From the NCBI RefSeq assembly GCF_006345805.1, contig NW_021834408.1:1-49150 (forward strand): a stretch of 49,150 bases of DNA, written 5' to 3'. The notes below the pieces were generated by a model. It was given only the letters and a program-made list of their open reading frames with translations, was not told where the DNA came from and ran no database searches. Made by a program: the position numbers and the translations under genes. Positions 45,951 through 49,150 of this stretch are shown in pieces; within the stretch, counting starts at the first letter, position 1; every line of letters begins with the position of its first letter. This DNA comes from Octopus sinensis. Taxonomy: Eukaryota.

Positions 45951-46320
45951 ACATACATACAGATGTATGGATGTATAAATATACATATGTGCATCCTTGT
46001 GTATATATTATACACATTCATTCTATCATATATACATATATATGTATGTGTATCCTGAAGAAGGTCTCTTTTATTTTTCATTCCTCCTGGGGTCAATAGA
46101 GTAACAGTCATTATTTCATAGACCAAGGAGGATCATTCTGATGATGATGGGTCACCAGAATGTCATTAAAAAACCCCCACCAATATTCCTAATCCACCTC
46201 ATTAAACCCCCAATACTTCATAATAAACTACACCAAGTTATAACTCCTCACCTAACACAAAACAAAACACACTTCACCTGCCAAACCCCTTTTTCATACA
46301 AACACATCTTTCTCATTGCT

Positions 46321-48009
46321 ACGAAGAATTCCGGGTAGAGGTAGGGGTCCACCAAGGCTCAGTACTCAGCCCCCTCCTATTTATCATAGTCCTCCAGGCA
46401 ATAACGGAGGAATTCAAGACAGGATGCCCTTGGGAGCTCCTCATATGCTGATGACCTTGCTCTAATTGCTGAGTCGCTATCAGAACTGGAGGAGAAGTTT
46501 CAGGTGTGGAAACAAGGATTAGAATCGAAGGGCCTCAGAGTCAATCTAGCTAAAACCAAAGTCGTAATCAGTAGAAAGGTAGACAAATCACAAACACCTT
46601 CAGGTAGATGGCCCTGCTCGATCTGTAGAAAAGGTGTAGGTAGAAACTCTATAAGATGCACCAAGTGTAAGCTATGGACACATAAGAGATGCAGCAATGT
46701 CAAAGGAAGGCTAACTAGGAAGATGGTTTTTGTATGTGGCAGATGCTCAGGAACAATAACACTGAAAATGCTCTGAGACCAACTTCTGTCACTTTCCAGG
46801 GAGAAAAACTAGAAATAGTTGATAGTTTCCGTTACCTAGGTGACCAAGTCAGCAGCGGGGGCGGGTGTGCTGAAAGTGTAACTGCTAGAGTAAGAATAGC
46901 TTGGGCAAAGTTCAGAGAGCTCTTACCTCTGCTGGTGACAAAAGGCCTCTCGCACAGAGTGAAAGGCAGACTGTATGATGCGTGTGTACGAACAGCCATG
47001 CTACATGGCAGTGAAACATGGGCCGTGACTGCTGAGGATATGCGTAAGCTCGCTAGAAATGAAGCCAGTATGCTCCGATGGATGTGTAATGCCAGTACTC
47101 ACACTCGGCAGAGTGTAAGTACCTTGAGAGAAAAGCTGGACCTAAGAAGCATCAGTTGTGGTGTGCAAGAGAGACTTTTGCGCTGGTATGGTCATGTGGC
47201 GAGAATGGATGAAGATAGTTGTGTGAAAAAGTGCCACACCCTAGCGGTTGAGGGAACCTGTGGAAGAGGCAGACCCAGAAAACCTGGGACGAGGTGGTGA
47301 AGCACGACCTTCGAACTTTAGGTCTCACTGAGGAAATGACTAGAGACCGAGACCTCTGGAAGTGTGCTGTGCGCGAGAAGACCCGGCAGGACAAGTGAGT
47401 CCACAACCCGTGGCCTTCTACATGGGACGGAGCCAGCCTACGTATGCATACCTTCCCTTCTTGGGACACAAAACTCTACTTGTGAAGACGTATTGAGGCA
47501 AGTGAGGATCAGAATCGAAATCGATCAATGGAAATTGCGGATGTGCTACCAGTGCCGGTGGCATGTCGAAACTCTGCTTGTGAAGACCCATTGAGGCAAG
47601 TGAGGATCAGAATCGAAATCGATCAATGGAAATCGATCAATGGAAATTGCAGATGTGTTACCAGTGCCGGTGGCATGTAAGAGAACTTTCCGTTTCGCGA
47701 CCGTTGCCAGCACCGCCCCGTTTCGTGTTCGTTGCCAGCCTCGCCTGGCCCTCGTGCCGGTTGCACATAAAAAGCACCATCCGTTCGTGGCCGTTTGCCA
47801 GCTCTGTCTGGCACCAGTGCGGGTGGCAACGTAAAAAGCACCCACTACACTCACGGAGTGGTGGCGTTAGGAAGGGCATCCAGCCGTAGAAACACTGCCA
47901 GATTTGACTGGGCCTGATGAAGCCTTCTGGCTTCACAGACCCCAGCAGAACCGTCCAACCCATGCTAGCATGGAAAACGGACGCTAAATGATGATGATGA
48001 TGATGATGA
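46321..48009 (+). mobile_element. 5'-truncated RTE LINE (RT motifs through 3'UTR and GAT tail), frameshifted
   Basis: GVHQGSVLSP, tatgctgatgac (YADD), intact PHD at 46615-46746, FRYLG, RWYGHV; 3'UTR with a ~108-bp duplication and 60-bp repeats. Confidence 0.92.
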
Positions 48010-48833
48010 TTAAAGATAATTAAGATGAACCTACCTTTCATTAATTGGGCTTATTCATTAACCAATCTTTATTAATCTCAATTAGCAACAAATAATAACG
48101 ATCCTCTCAACATGCTGTCTATCAGTGTGATTATATGAAAGCCCATCTTGGATAAGCTTTCCGAGCTAATCAATGTTGTGTATGATAATTGTGTGGATTA
48201 TATTGAAATGTCGAGAGATTTACAGCATTTGTCAGGTTAAGAACAGTTTCATCTCCAGCTTTATTCGTATCTGTGAATCCAGGTAAATATGATGGAAACC
48301 AAGCCAACCATGACTGTCCCATCATTAGTAATACTTGTACCTGACAAATGTCTATGAAACATAATAAAGTCTATGTTTTGCTAATTGTTCCATGTTAACA
48401 AAGTTTGAACATGATTGCGTGTGTTGGGACATAATATAGCATGTACACCAATTAAAGTTAATTTTCTCTACAGCTTAGTGTGTCTCGTTATTGAGTGCTT
48501 TTGGAGCAGGGGAATCTCTTTGACTAATTATCGTTAAATAAATCTAAGCCACACATGACTATTTCTTTGTGATGTTGAGAGCAAATATCATTTCCAGTGA
48601 AAATAATTATTTCTAATATTTAGACTCCATGTAATTAATGAAACTTATTAATACATCTTAGAATAGATTGTAATAAGTTGTTTAAATATTAATTAGACAA
48701 GATTAATTCACTGACAGAAATACATAAATGTTTTGTTTGCGTTTTTCAAATGATGAAGCAAACATCATCTCCCTGAAACTTTAATATTTTCACAAAGCTA
48801 AATGTTTTCCTTATATTTCTTTACAGATTCACT

Positions 48834-49150
48834 ATGGAAGACCAGACTGAAAATACTTTAAGGAAACTTATCCCTCAGAAAAGGGCTTTGAGTTACTCAA
48901 CACCAAAATGGGATGAAGAAGGAGTTGACCATCAAAGGTGTAAATATGTGAGAGATGACGGTTCAGGGAGAGAAATGTCCGAGAAACGAGCTTCATCTCA
49001 GCCAACAACAAAACAAAAAAGACATAAAGGAGACCCTAAAAACTGGGAAATAATGGGAAGACGAAATATTTTTGACAAACACATATTTTATACAAGATTC
49101 AATGCCTATGAGGACAAAATTGATTTGTTGATAAATTCTCGGAAAGAAAT
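48834..49150 (+). CDS. Putative first coding exon of an unidentified host gene, open to the window end
   Basis: Polypyrimidine tract plus acceptor ttttccttatatttctttacag (AG at 48825-48826), ATG in a good context (actATGg) 7 nt later, then 105 stop-free codons MEDQTENTLRKLIPQKRALSYSTPKWDEEGVDHQRCKYVRDDGSGREMSEKRASSQPTTKQKRHKGDPKNWEIMGRRNIFDKHIFYTRFNAYEDKIDLLINSRKE in otherwise AT-rich DNA. Absent from the ORF track because no stop is reached. Confidence 0.65.
   Translation, partial: MEDQTENTLRKLIPQKRALSYSTPKWDEEGVDHQRCKYVRDDGSGREMSEKRASSQPTTKQKRHKGDPKNWEIMGRRNIFDKHIFYTRFNAYEDKIDLLINSRKE

Noticed and set aside
46052-46133. Hammerhead-like atcCTGAAGA...ggtct/agacc...ggat
   Set aside because: The GAAA box, stem III and cleavage triplet are missing; at most a dead relic

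Overview
Eukaryotic, repeat-saturated genomic DNA, most likely from an octopus or other coleoid cephalopod. This is inferred from the SINE families, RTE LINE tails and microsatellite style; no database was consulted. Bases 1-37361 are a tandem segmental triplication (unit A ~1-12664, internally deleted unit B 13082-~21020, unit C 25712-37361) made almost entirely of transposon debris: RTE and CR1-like LINE fragments, mariner and DD37D/maT remnants, tRNA-derived SINEs, and several palindromic MITE/foldback elements. Between B and C lies a near-full-length RTE-clade LINE (21746-25944) with an APE endonuclease, an RT (YADD) and an unusual C4HC3 PHD finger inserted inside the RT. It is broken only by three single-base deletions and sits at the apex of an AT-rich inverted repeat. 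The 3' quarter appears to hold the start of a host gene: TATA box at 40168, a non-coding first exon ending at a GTAAGT donor (40277), an ~8.5 kb TE-filled intron, and a coding exon from ATG 48834 that is open to the window end (105 codons, not recognised). That intron contains an inverted pair of RTE fragments and a pre-miRNA-like hairpin. Most ORFs in the supplied track are microsatellite or antisense artefacts.
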